64,000 nucleotides of DNA from Sphyrna mokarran. Taxonomy: Eukaryota. A model generated the notes under the pieces. The model was not told the origin of the DNA. It saw only the letters and a list, made by a program, of their open reading frames with translations, and did not search any database. The stretch spans positions 32,302,001-32,366,000 of the forward strand of contig JAGIQG010000004.1 in NCBI GenBank assembly GCA_024679065.1, in the 5' to 3' direction. Shown here in pieces: positions 25,333 to 37,970 of the stretch (position 1 is the stretch's first letter; every line of letters begins with the position of its first letter). Made by a program: the position numbers and the translations under genes.

Positions 25333-25744
25333 CCATTTTTCATATTGAAAGGTGGAGAAGCTGTTTTTCGCCTAAGTCTGAAGACATTCGCAGAATGAGA
25401 GTAAGATACTTCATATTGCTTCTCTGATTTCACATCGTAAATATTAAAGTTTTGGAAAAAGTTGTTGAAGATTGTGATTGTGGTGTTTACTTGATAGGTC
25501 CTGGAAGATAAGCGGCTAGGAATTTCTCAGCATTTGGCTGGATGTATATTGGAACTCCCATTCACAGGCGGAAGTAGAGATCTGCTATATTACCAACAAA
25601 GTTATGGTGGCTGTGCAGCAGAAGCAGCTTCTAGAAAATTCCCAACCAACAGCACTATTTCCTTACCCTTCAGACTGCATTTTTCTCCATGCCATCTCTT
25701 GAAATCAGGTATGAGTGAGATGATCAGCAATGGGAATCGTACAA

Positions 25745-25895
25745 CCATAGAATCTATACAGCCAAGAAGGAGACTATTTAGCCTGTTGAATCCGCACTGA
25801 CTCTCCGAAAGAGCATCTGACCCTGCCTTCCACCCCATTCCCTTAACCCAGTACACCTAACATGGCTAATCTACGTAATCGACACCTCTTTAGAT
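25745..25895 (-). mobile_element. HE1 SINE 3' fragment
   Basis: catagaatctatacagccaagaagg..ctctccgaaagagcat..catggctaatctacgtaa. Confidence 0.7.
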
Positions 25896-26399
25896 CTCTG
25901 CAATGGGAGGAAGGGTGACAATCATCCAAAGATGGGGCTATGCAAAGGGAGGGTAATGGAAGGGGGTGGGACATGCAGCAGGGGTTGTGAAGGGGCCATG
26001 ATAGTGGGGGACGGAGGGGGAGGGGAGGGGGACATGTCGGGGGCTGCCTGGAGACTCATCAGAAGAGTTTACATGCCCTGGTGCTGGTGATCAGTGCTGG
26101 TGTAGGGGACTGACAGTGCTGCTGATAATAGGGAGGGGCAGTCAGATGTCCATTGGGATGGATGGGAGAAGGTCTCCCAGTTCACCGACTAATCAAGGTA
26201 CCCTGCGCAGTGGGCAGGTTTTGAAACCTATTTCCCCAGCGTTTTAGACTCTTCTTCCTCCCACCCCTCCACCCCCAGCCAATGCAAATCTTCCAGCCAT
26301 CGGAAAAACTGATGGAGTGTCAGAGGATTGCAGTGCCAACTCCCATTTTCACACTATTATGGCACTAAGAAAGTTTTTGGGAAAATTCCATCTTCACTA

Positions 26400-27390
26400 C
26401 TTCAATGTACACGAATCCCATTTTCCAGCATTTGGGCCTATAGCCTTGAATGTTTTGATATTTCAAGTGCTGTACATTGTGAGCTTTCTGTCTCTACTTG
26501 CCCACTCTGTTGATGTTGGTGAAAAATGTTTTCTCAATTCCCCATGAAACCTTCTACAACTCACCTTAAAAAATGTACCCTTATACCGCCTTGTTATTGA
26601 CCCTTCAACCAAGGGAAACAGTGGCTTTCTATTCACCCTGTTCATATCCCTCATAATCTTATTCACTTCAATCAGGTCTCCCTTCAGTCTTCGAAGGCAC
26701 ATAGTGTCCAAAGCTCGCGCATTTACTATCAAATAAATTGATTGGATTTAAAATTGGTGTTGTGAAACTTTACTGAACAAAAAACAACCCAAGCCTACCC
26801 AGCATCTCTTCATAATTCACATGCTCCAACCCAGAACATCCAGGTGAACTTCTGCTGGATTCTCTACAGTGCAATTCTATAGTGAGGTTACTAGAACTGC
26901 ACAAGCATTCCAGTACTCCAACCTCCTTGCTCATATAATCTATACCATGACTGATAAAGGCTAATGTCCCATATGTCTTCTTAACTACCCAATTCACCCG
27001 TGCTGCCTCCTTCAGGGATCTATGGACAAGCAATCCAAAATCCCTCTGTTCCTCTGAGCTTTCTAGCGTCTTGCTATTTATTGAGAACTCCCTTGTCTTG
27101 TTTTTCCTTCCAAGGTGCATCACATTGCATTTTACAGGATTGAATTCCTTCTGCCAATGATTTGCCCATCTGACCAACCTATCTATATCTTCCTGCAACC
27201 TAAGATCTTCTTCCTCACTATTAACCACTCTACTAATCTCTTTGTCACTCACAAACTTACTTATTATCCATCCCACATTTGTAACTATATCATTTATATA
27301 TCATGGATAATAAGGGACTAACACTGATCCTTGTGATATGCCACTGGAACCCAAGCGCCAGTCACACAGCCTTCAATCACCTCTCTCTCC
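26400..27390 (-). mobile_element. CR1 LINE RT and 3' region
   Basis: ORFs ISKFVSD..LQEDIDRLVRWA..FNPVKCNVMHLG and RRLKGDLIEVNKIM; a short insert at ~26690-26770 resembles a Penelope terminus. Confidence 0.9.
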
Positions 27391-28830
27391 TACTTTCTTT
27401 ATTCAAAGAATGATAATATGGAACTCACTGCCACAGGAAATGGTTCAGGCAGATAGCCTCGATGGTTTCACTAGGAAACTAGGTAAATATGTGAGAGAAA
27501 AGGAATAGAAAGATATACTGGAGTATTGAGTTGAAGCAGATGGAGTGGAAGGAGACTTGCACGCTACATAAACACAACATCATGAACGCCAGCTGATGTT
27601 AATATCGGACAAGTCAGATCACAAAAAGGAACATGATTCGATAAATCATGATTTTTTTTTAAACATGGAGGGCAGTTTTTGCAAAGATACACAAGCGTTT
27701 GCTGTTTAACTTTTAATAAAAGAATGAAACATTTAGTTATCAAGAGAAATTAATTCTATTACATTGGGCAAAATGAGGGAAAGATTTCAATTTAGATACT
27801 AGAATATTATTCCAACTCACACTATCCTTTTTATCCAGTAACCTTACAGATATGAAAAAACCTAGTGAAGATTTATCACTGTCCCAACACCCAGGTTTCT
27901 TGCTTGGGTTAACTCAATTTCAAACAGTTCTTTCAGAAGACTAATGAACATTCATTAGCTCCTTTCTTCAGGTGGGATCTCCTCCAGTTTTTCTGCTCCT
28001 TTCTCTTTACAGGTTTCTGTCCTGTCTTTTTTCCTTACCTAGAACTCTTCGTGGGAGCTCTCCCTCACCCTCTCCTTTGTCTCCTAACTCTGAGGGGTGT
28101 GAGAATCTTTTCCTAAACATGAATTAAAATTGTCTGACTAAGAAATGGCTCACTAAAATTGACTGCCCATCACTGATCCTTGAATTGAGCTGGGGACCTA
28201 TCAACACACTCACAACAGGGCCCCTTATCACTCAGACAAAACCTGAGTACCAACATTGGAACATGTTGTTCTCCAAAATGTTGCAATGTTCACAGAGAAA
28301 CGCAGGAATGCACAGAATTAAAGGCATCACAACAGCATGTACAGACCAGTTGGGCTGAACAGCTGATTTTTTTGTCATTTCTCCAATGCCATTTATGTCA
28401 TTCCCTATGGGCACGTGGTATCATGAACATTATGGCTTTCCTGTCCTTCAGTAATAATGAGATGACAGATTGCTGGGTTTAAAGCTTAAATGGCCATTTC
28501 ACTCAAAGTGCAATTGTTCATAGAATGACAAGGTCTGTTATAGATATATGAATATATTTAATTTATCTTGCTATAGATTTGAGTACTGGCCAAAGAATAA
28601 GCTGCATCAGCCATTTCCTTTCCTCCACATACACACTAATTGGTTGACCTATGGCATTTCCAGGAGCCCACAGTTACTTTTTAATGAACCTTACGCAATG
28701 AGTGTGCTGGGGTCAGTTCTCAGTTGAGGATGGGGCACGATGTTCAACACAAGATGTGGACAAGGATCTGGGGTTATGTATTGTTTTTGCATTAAATCAT
28801 TAAAAACTGAGATTTGCCCTTGGCTAATGT

Positions 28831-29057
28831 TGTTAATTATGTGTTCTCGACTTATGGTGCCTACCACGAGGTAGGCTTGATAACTTGAACATTAGAAGTC
28901 CTTTAACTTATAATGTACTATTTCACAGTCAGATCTAAGATTGCACAACCGGGTCCCGGATTGAGAGGAGCTAGTCTCCCATGGATCACCTGATCCGCAT
29001 TCTTAAAGGGACAGTATGTACTCCAAACCTCAACATATGTTATATGCATATATTACA
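28831..29057. mobile_element. Probable short solo LTR (227 bp)
   Basis: TGT(T)AAT...ATTACA termini; flanks aatgt and aacat fit a CpG-decayed aacgt TSD; internal cttaaaggg resembles the reverse complement of cctttaag in LTR 7270-7433. Confidence 0.5.
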
Positions 29058-29178
29058 AACATGTTATCAGAAGATGAGAAATACAGCTATTCATTCTCAG
29101 AAGATGGGCATTAAAAGGCTAACATTTATTAACCATCCCTAATTAACTTGTGAATGTGGTGGAATCACTGGACTCTAT

Positions 29179-30452
29179 GGGCCCTATTTTACCATTTTAA
29201 CTCTAAATGCTGGCGAACTTGAAACTGGGAGTGTTTCAGATTTAACTTTTAGACCTATTCTCATGTGCCCCCAAACACACTCTGCCTGAAAAAATATCAG
29301 TAATTCTGAATCAAGCTGCACAAGCCCGTGGGCAGGACTTAATGCACCCAAAATCCTGCAGTTCCAATCAACTGTGCAGAAAGAAAATGATAGAATGCGC
29401 CTCTCCTACACATCTGTCCCGGCCGGATAATGCCTCCCCCAACCCCCACAAACATTGCCCCACTCCCATATCATTAGTGACTCCCCTTATCCCCCTACTC
29501 CCTCCACCACCCAGACTGATTGTGGGCCCCCTCCCACTTTCCTTCCCTCACTGAACACAGGCAGACCGGCAGCAGACCCCTCTTCTCTCTGACTGATCAC
29601 AGGCAGACTGGCAGCGAACCTCCCTTCTCTCTGGCTGATCACAGGCAGACTGGCAGCAGACACCCCTTCTCTCTGACTGATCACAGGCAGACTGGCAGTG
29701 GACCTCCCTTCTCTCTGGCTGATCACAGGCAGACTGGCAGCAGACACCCCTTCTCTCTGGCTGATCACAGGCAGACTGGCAGCAGACACCCCTTCTCTCT
29801 GGCTGATCACAGGCAGACTGGCAGTGGACCTCCCTTCTCCTGCTGATCACAGGCAGACTGGCAGCAGACACCCCTTCTCTCTGGCTGATCACAGGCAGAC
29901 TGGCAGCAGACACCCCTTCTCTCTGGCTGATCACAGGCAGACTGGCAGCAGACACCCCTCTCTGGCTGATCACAGGCAGACTGGCAGCAGACACCCCTTC
30001 TCTCTGGCTGATCACAGGCAGACTGGCAGCAGACACCCCTTCTCTCTGGCTGATCACAGGCAGACTGGCAGCTGCTCCCCCTTCCATTGATCCCAAGCAG
30101 TAAGCCATCAAAAGTTCGGTACTTACCTCTCATTAACTGAAGCACTCGAATCAGACTTTTGTGGATCATGCTGTGTTTCGCACCGAATCTGGATTGACAA
30201 ATGCAGTGGTAAAAGGGGAAGTGTTGGTAAGGTTAGGCGTGCAGCCCATTAAGTCAATTTAAATGCACACACATGCATTTAAATGGCCATCGCACTCATT
30301 TCGGGCATGGTCCTGACTGCAGCCATTTTCAGGTCTTGGTAAAGGGGGAACTGGTGCAGAGATGGGCGCAGATCGTGCTACTCACCTTGTGCTTGACTTT
30401 ACCAACTCCTCGTGCCGAAAAATGGAAGCAATTTGATTGTAAACTTGGGCCC
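29179..30452 (+). mobile_element. Non-autonomous TIR DNA transposon (Harbinger-like) carrying a minisatellite
   Basis: TIRs gggccctattttac / gtaaacttgggccc, 3-bp flanks tat/cat; homologous to 303-1331. Confidence 0.78.
29551..30080. repeat. 42-bp minisatellite, 12 full units plus a partial unit
   Basis: Unit ctgatcacaggcagactggcagcagacaccccttctctctgg; starts at 29551, 29593, 29635, 29677, 29719, 29761, 29803 and onward; two units are shortened. Confidence 0.97.
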
Positions 30453-30559
30453 CATGTGTTAATTTCACAATATTATAAAGAAAGATATTCCAGGATTTTG
30501 ACAGTGTACCTTTCCTTTTTATTATAATTTTATGACTGGGCGTCTGAATAGAGCCAATC

Positions 30560-30850
30560 AAAAGAAGCTTCTCCCATTGGCAAAAGGGTCTCGATCCAGA
30601 CAACATAGTTTTAAAGGTGATTAGCCAAAGAACCAAAGGCAATGTGAAGAAAAACATTTTTAAACAGCAAATATTCTGATCTAGAACACATAACCTGAAA
30701 ATATGTTGGAGACAGACTAGGGAATTATACACGTATTTGAAGGGAGAACATTTCCAAGACTAACGGGAAAGGGAGAGGAATGATACTATCTGGATTGCTC
30801 TGCGAGAGAGCCAGCAGACTCGGTCAGTCACATGGTCTTCTTCTGCCCTA
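30560..30850 (+). mobile_element. CR1 3' fragment
   Basis: gaagcttctcccattggcaaaagggtc..tttaaaggtgattagccaaagaacca..tggattgctct..gagccagca. Confidence 0.75.
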
Positions 30851-32242
30851 TGTCAGTTGGTTGGTTCACTATCTGCCACAAACACAGTTTATTGACAGCT
30901 TTGTCCTTCAAGACTCGCCCAGGTCAATTCCTGTCAATTGAAATTCCACATCCAGAATACGTTCTATTATCTGTATATTTTCTAATTTCAACACTGATTC
31001 ACCAGCTGACACAGGGCAGTAGGTGGAAAATGGAAATAAGTTTTCTTGCTCATGTCTGGAGGCGTTTTGGGTTCCTGAGCCAATGTTATCAACTCATAGG
31101 GCCACCCTGATCCAATAATAAACTACTGTTGCCTCACCTCTGGTGGGTCCACCTTGCTTATAGGACAGGATACATCAAGGGATTAAATTCAAATTCTGCT
31201 TATGTGCACATTGTGGCTCAGTGAAAGTTGTAAATGACGAGAATATCAGAAACGTCCAAACATTTTATTCTTCACAGCTTTGCAAAACCAAACTGAGGAA
31301 CTAAGATAATTAGTCATGCAATCTATGGCCAGATATATTAACATATGCATAAAGGCCTGTCAAAGTCCACCTGGGGGAATTGACAGAACGAGTTACGCCA
31401 AAGTTATCCTAAATGGATTGTGATGTCAATTAATTGCCTGCTTATGCATGTTAAATATTTAAAGCATTTGGGATATTATGTTTCTTATGATGCTGTTGTG
31501 ACTATTAGTAATCCACAGATTGACTGGCTTCTCTCTTATGAATTACAGGCTGTGACAGAGGGAAGAATTTTAACTCAAAGTGGGATTTGGGCAGGTGTGA
31601 AGTGAACTCCAAACATAACCCACAGCGAAACCAAGGTGAATTTAACATCACTGTTTCAGTTGAATATAATTGCACACGTAGTAACATTGATAAATGGTCA
31701 CTCATTCACATTGCACAATTTCTGGCAGACCCCCTGATTTTAAAAAGAATGTATTCCCAGGAACAACAGCTAGCAGTCTTGGAGATTGATGGTTGAGAGG
31801 TTCAGTGCCAGGACCTTCAGTCCTTTGACATAAATTGGGTGCAGGAAGAATTCAATGCTTTTGGGAGAGCAGCAAGGTGACTGCTATCACTGCACCTCTC
31901 TCAAAACCTGGCTTTTTCACCATTATCCTGGAATAAATATTTTCCCCTCTGTAAGGTTCTTCACCATCATCCAGATTGGCACATGTACTTCAAGCTATGA
32001 CACTCCATGCACCCTTAAATGGGCATGGAAGTGAAATACTTTGGCAAAAGAAGCATGAGGAACTGTAGAGGTTTGGGTGGAAGAGCATAGCTTGGCATGT
32101 GGGAATGAAAGCTCATGGGGTGCGTGAATAGGCAAAGCTTAGGAGTTATGACTGGCTATAGAGGACAGCTGGCATGAGGTGGCATTAGTGGGACATAAGC
32201 TGTCTTGATGTAAGAGTTATGAGGAAGATATTTAGAACTCAC

Positions 32243-32424
32243 CTGTTAAAAGGTCTCTCATGTAAACTATTCCATACTTTTATATTCCAAACACAATTAT
32301 TTCTTCCTTCATGGTCTTCAGAATGGCAACAATTACAATCCAGCAACTCCTCTAAGGATTCATTTTTCATATCAAACTGCACACATTTGGCTTTACGCTT
32401 ATCACTGCCCCATCCTGATTGCAT
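32243..32424 (-). CDS. Candidate (alternative first) coding exon of an unidentified host gene: MQSGWGSDKRKAKCVQFDMKNESLEELLD...WNSLHERPFN
   Basis: A 60-codon open frame from ATG 32424 ends exactly at a consensus donor CAG|GTGAGT (phase 2). Sequence looks unique; product not recognised. Confidence 0.4.
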
Positions 32425-33044
32425 CTTGCATCTTTTCCAGCTCTCAGCAGATACACGATGGACAGGAGCATTACAGAATACCACTTTCTTACTCAATTTC
32501 TCCTCACTACCTCAGACATTCCTTTTCTGTCACACGGAAGAGTGTACAGTGCTATGGAAGGCGGAAAGCAAAGGGGGAACTGGAGACTCAATAGCAGCTC
32601 AGGAAATTGTACACTTAGTTACCTTTACAAATCCGTTATGATCTGAAGACTTCTGAAAACTGGGAATTCATACATCATGCATGTAAGGCATATTTCCAGC
32701 CACATTCCAGAAAGAATAACATAGTTTTATATAGTTTTTTTATAAACAATAACATGAGATTTTCCAAGTTGGAGGGGGGGGCTGAGAGGTGCAGTTGAGT
32801 GTTGCGTGACAAATATGCCGTGCAAACTGCTTGGGAACCTTGCACAAACTTGCATGATCCCGTTTCTATGATTGGACATGAATTAGAGATGAATTGAATG
32901 CAATTGAAACAAGTCACCAGAAATTGTGCAATGTGAACAAGCCACCAAGTCATTTCAGTTTCTTCTGCCATTTTATTAGTTTACGGCTACACTTATTTTA
33001 ACAGCAAGAATTCATCGAACATCCATATGTTGGAATTCCACTTT

Positions 33045-33330
33045 CCAACCTGTAACCATTACCATCGAGGAAGAAAAGAGCAGGAGACACAAAGGAACGT
33101 CCCTCCAAGACGTTCACCATCCTCATTTGGAAATATAACACACTTCCTTCGTTGTTGCTGGATCAAAATCCTGGAATTCCCTCCCTCACAACACTGTGGG
33201 TGTACCTACACTTCAGGGGCTGCAGTGTTCAAGAAGGCAACCCACCACCACCTTCTGAAGCACAGCTAGGGATGGAAATAAATGCTAGACTAGCCAGTGG
33301 CACCCACATTCTGAAAATGAATTTTAAAAA
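33045..33330 (+). mobile_element. 3' fragment of the LINE family at 7950-8620
   Basis: ggatcaaaatcctggaattccctccct..ttcaagaaggcaacccaccaccaccttct..gggatggaaataaatgc. Confidence 0.8.
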
Positions 33331-33384
33331 AACTCCTATCCATCTTGGTTCCATGATCCTTTCGACTTTTGCGTAACAAAAACT

Positions 33385-33920
33385 TATCACTCTTAGTTTT
33401 GAAATTTTCAATTCACCCCACCGCAACAGCTTTGAAGGGGCTGAAAAGGACAGGTGAAGATTACGGCACAGTTTTTGTGAGGAATTACTTCACCCCTGGA
33501 CAGCGTAGCTCTAATTTTAAGGCTATTTCAATTTGTTCTTCCTGCCGGAGGAAATTGTCTCTATCTAACCTATCAAATCCTTTAATCATCTTAATTAGAT
33601 CACCCCTTAATCTTTTGTACTCAAGGGAAGGCAAACATAGTCTATGCAAGTGTCCGCCTAATTAATTCCTTTTAACACTGATATCATGCCAGTGAATCTG
33701 TGCTGCACTTGCTCCAAGGTCACTATATCTTGACTGAAGTGTGGTGCCTTGAACTGCAGTTTCATCACAACTTTATACAACCGAAGTATAACTTCTATAT
33801 TTTTGTATTCCAGCAACTTGAGATAAACACCAACACTCCATTACCTTTCGTGATTAACTTTTCAGCCTGTTTTCACTGACTTCTGCATGCGTATTCCTCA
33901 ATCTCACTGCCCTTTCACAA
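33385..33920 (-). mobile_element. Decayed CR1 3' fragment
   Basis: ctatctaacctatcaaatcctttaatcatc..agatcaccccttaatcttt..gtgaatctgtgctgcac. Confidence 0.75.
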
Positions 33921-34513
33921 TTGCTAACAGATGTGGCAGCCCATCCTATTTATGTAGGCCACTGTCTGGCTTTCTGGTGCACTGATGATAACATGCACAT
34001 GGGGTTGAATTTCCACTGGGCAGATCCCAGTTCCAGAATTCCTGATCTCAATCCTGGGCTGTCTGGTTTTTAGCAGTGTTAAAGTGTTCTCACCAAAAAC
34101 TTTCATTTGGCTTTCCTGGCTTGACCAGCTCCATTGTAGGGATAAGTGTGCCCTAAATCTCCATAATTTTCCATGGAGACAAGAAACTCTTGTTGAGGAT
34201 TAAGCAGATAATGCACAATGAATACTCAATTTTTCCTAGTTTTATTACTTGCTAGCAAGGAGAACAGACACAGTGAATCTCACTGTGTTGTTATAACAGA
34301 GTTCTGCAAACAGTGTCAGCTGAAGTACTTTTTTAGTCAATGAGAGAGAACATGCCAGTTAAAGCACTAATAACCTTACAGTTTGGTGTGTACTTTCAGC
34401 TAATAGAAATTAGCACCATTTCAATTCTTTATTTACATCCTTATCATTCATCTACATTGCTGCACAGAATCCTTGACAATGTTCAATAAACGTCCAATTT
34501 CTTTCACGCACAA

Positions 34514-34890
34514 TCATAAGATCATAAGATATAAGAGCAGAATTAGGCATTTGGCCCATTGAGTCCATTCTGCTATTCAATCATGGCTGATATACTCCTC
34601 ATCCCGATTTTCCGGCCTTCTCCCCACTACCCTTCAACTCGTTGCCAATTAAAAATCCATCTAACTCCTCCTTAAATTTACTCACTGTCCCAGCATCCAC
34701 TGCACTTTGGAGTAGCAAATTCCACAGATTCACAACTCTTTGTGAATAGCTTCTCCTCAACTCCTCAATTTGCTACCCCTTATCCTAAGATTATGCCCTC
34801 TTGTCCTAGAATTTCCCGCAAGAGGAAGCATCTGCTTCATGTCTACTTTATCCATACCTTTCATCATCTTGCAACCCTCAATTTGAGGTC
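34514..34890 (-). mobile_element. CR1 3' end
   Basis: cataagatcataagatataagagcagaattaggc tail; ORF KMMKGMDKVD..SRTRGHNLRIRG. Confidence 0.88.
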
Positions 34891-35279
34891 CCACACTCAG
34901 CACTTGGAACATTCTGTGCTTTTTCAAGGACCCACTCATGCTACAAAACAGACTCAGATCTTCCACCTGTAAATGGTTCCAATTTCCACATCCTAGACTA
35001 CATGAAGGGCCTTTTAACAAGTGAATTCCTAATATCCTTCTCTTATTCCTTATGTCAAGTTAAGTTCACCACCCCCTTGACACCTCTTGCCCCATTGGTC
35101 CACCTTGTTGTCTAACGAGGGGCATGCATGCGATAGGTCGTGAGAGGACTGCTCTTGGATCTTTTTCGAGAGTATCCTACTGCTTCACATCGTTAGTGTA
35201 TGCTTGACCTGGACCATCTGATGGGCAACACGACAGCTCAGTGACTATCTCTGTGCTGTGCAGATACATGGATTTGGGC

Positions 35280-35548
35280 CTGTGTCTGTGGGAGTTTGCG
35301 CATTCTCCCCGTGCTTGCGTGGGTTTTCTCCGGGCGCTCCGGTTTCCTCCCACATCCCAAAGATGTGCTCTTAGGCTAATTGGCAAAACAAATTCTCCCT
35401 AAATTGTCTCAAATTTGGTTTTTAATCCATAGATCTATAAACATGGACAGGGATTACGGGTAGAGGTGGGGTCATCGGGGTGGCGGCGCGGGCTTGTTGG
35501 GCCGAAGGGCCTGTTTCCCATGCTGTTTTGTTCTTTGTTCTTTGTTCA
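35280..35548 (+). mobile_element. HE1-type SINE, 5'-truncated
   Basis: V domain gagtttgcgcattctccccgtgcttgcgtggg; tail gggccgaagggcctgttt..ttctttgttctttgttc. Confidence 0.85.
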
Positions 35549-37069
35549 TGCCACCTCATGTTTCCTAACTTCTGTAGTCCTCACAACTCCAATGCCAAGC
35601 TATGCCCCTTCACCCACCCCATGATCTCTCAAGCTGTGCCCCTCTATCCAAACCCCAATGGTTCCTCATGCCCCCTTTGCCAAACTATTTCACTTCCACA
35701 CCCTTTGGCATAGAGGGCATGAGGGCCTTTGTCAGGTGCCATGGCACATTAGTATCCTTGCCACTGCTCTATGGCAAAAAGTGTGATAGCCATTTTGATA
35801 GGCTCCATGATTCTCCAGATTAAGCACTGTAATGATTAGACCTCAGTGAGACATAAGGATTCGTGAAAGGGCCCCAATCTCATCCCTAGGTTCATCTCTG
35901 ACTACCACCCAATGGCAACATACTCAGTAAGTGTCTCAACGCCATCCCTCACACCCTCTACACTATAACCACATCTCCACATTGGTCCCTGCCAACTCCA
36001 GCAAAATGCAGCACATGGAGCCACTCAGATCTCAGTGGCACCAAATGCCCGCATTCCTCCAGCCCTCAAAGAATTCTGGTGTCACTTTGATGACCAGTCA
36101 AGTGGCTGCAGGTGACCAGTGTTTACACCCTGACAGAGGGCCTCGGCGCTGCAGTCTACCATGACCTCGATTGGAGTGCGTGATGATAGATAACGTCATC
36201 ATGCTTTGCATATGAGGACGCATCATTGTTACCCATGTGATGTTTCATCCTGAATGGGAATGTCGCCTTAATGGCTAGGTCATTGGTTGGCTCCTATTAA
36301 ATGGCTGTGCTTTTTGGCTGCACGCCATTTAATGGCATTATCACTGGAGAAAGGAGTGACAATTCAGCCAAGTGTCTGCTGCTTGTAGCAGATGAGGCAC
36401 AGCTGGAGGCCAGCAATGAGCATGTCCAGCTCATTCCGACAGAACACCCTGTTTCTCCAAGGTCACAAACAATGAAGAATTGAAATGGCTATCGATATAC
36501 TGATGTGCCATGGCATCTGACCAGGCGCCTCATGCCCTCTATGCCAAAGAGCTTTCCACCACCCATTGAGATCTACCACGACACACTAACTCCAGTGACA
36601 ATTGGCTTGGAACTTCTGGGCAGTTTCTACCCTTTGTCTTCACACTGGTGCTTGATTGTGGGTTTCAGTGCTAAGAAGATTTTTCAGGAGGATGAATTAT
36701 TGATAGATTATTTGAGAGTATTTTGGTAAATAAAAGAATGCAAATTTGAAACTTACAATTTAATAGAACACTACAGCACAAACAGGCCCTTCGGCCCACA
36801 AGTTGCGCTGATCATATCAGTATGTAATGTTGTTTAAATCCTTGTTATGAAGCAAAATCCTTGAATCCTTCTCAAGAGATTACTCCAATACCCACCAGTC
36901 TTGAAATTCTATTGGTCAGTATGTTAAAGCACTTTACAAAAAAAAATCACATTTCCTTTATTTCTTTATTGATATCAGTATTAGGTAACAGTGTACCAAT
37001 TTAATGACACATCTATAATCACTAATAGAACATGCAGCAACTGCTGTAACAAAATAACATGGCAATTTA

Positions 37070-37433
37070 GGATCATAGAATCCCTACAGTGTAGAAGGAG
37101 GCCATTCAGTCCATCGAGTCTGCACTGACCACAATCAGACTCTATCCCTACATATCTTACCATATGTTACTACATATGGTAAGGTATGTTACTACATATC
37201 TTAATCCCTCTAACTTACGCATCTCAAGACACTAAGGGGCAATTTTAGCATGGCCAATCAATCTAACCTGTACATCTTTGGATTATGGGAGGAAACTGGA
37301 ACATCCGGAGTAAACCTATGCAGATACAAGGAGAATGTGCAAACTCTGCATAGACATTGACCCAAGCCAGAAATCGAACCCACGTCCCTGGAGCTGGGAT
37401 GCAGCAGTGCTAACCATTGTGCTACTGCACCGC
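37070..37433 (-). mobile_element. HE1 SINE
   Basis: Complete head, V domain and tail on the minus strand. Confidence 0.9.
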
Positions 37434-37647
37434 ACATTTGTTTCACTGTTACAGACAGGGATGGGAGACAGCTGGAATGTCCGTTCCCCCTCCTTCACCA
37501 TCACTATATGTGTTTTTGGAAAGGACAATGTTAATTCCTATGTGGTCAATTTGAATAACCAGCAGCAAGCTTTTGTGGGTGTTAAAAAAAGGATTATTTG
37601 TTCCAGCATTCAACCTATAAGTATAATACTATTTCATTCACTTTTTT

Positions 37648-37970
37648 TCATAGAATCTCCGCAGTGCAGAAGGAGGTTATTCAGCACATCGAGTCTGCAC
37701 CAACCATAATCCCACCCAGGCCCTATCCCAATAACCTCACACATTCACCCTGCTAATCCCCGTGACACTAAAGTCAATTTAACACAACCAATCAACCTAA
37801 CCCACACATCTTTGGAGTGTAGGAGGAAATCGGGGCACCCAGCGGAAACCTACGCTCTCACAGAGAGAATGTTCAAATTCTACACAGACAGTGACCTGAG
37901 GTGGGTTTGATCTCAGGTCCCTGAGACTGTGAGGCAGCAGTGCTGACCATTGTGCTACTGTGTCACCCCA
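37648..37970 (-). mobile_element. HE1 SINE
   Basis: Complete head, V domain and tail on the minus strand. Confidence 0.9.

Noticed and set aside
29551-30080. CRISPR-like array or repeat-protein gene (ADHRQTGSRHPFSL / Cys-rich frames)
   Set aside because: Units are contiguous with no unique spacers and no cas genes. The frames are open only because the 42-bp unit lacks stops, and the array lies inside a TIR element.
34267-34287. Opposed CACAGTG/CACTGTG heptamers suggesting V(D)J recombination signals
   Set aside because: No ACAAAAACC-like nonamer at 12 or 23 nt in either direction and no Ig/TCR segments; only a 9-bp inverted repeat.
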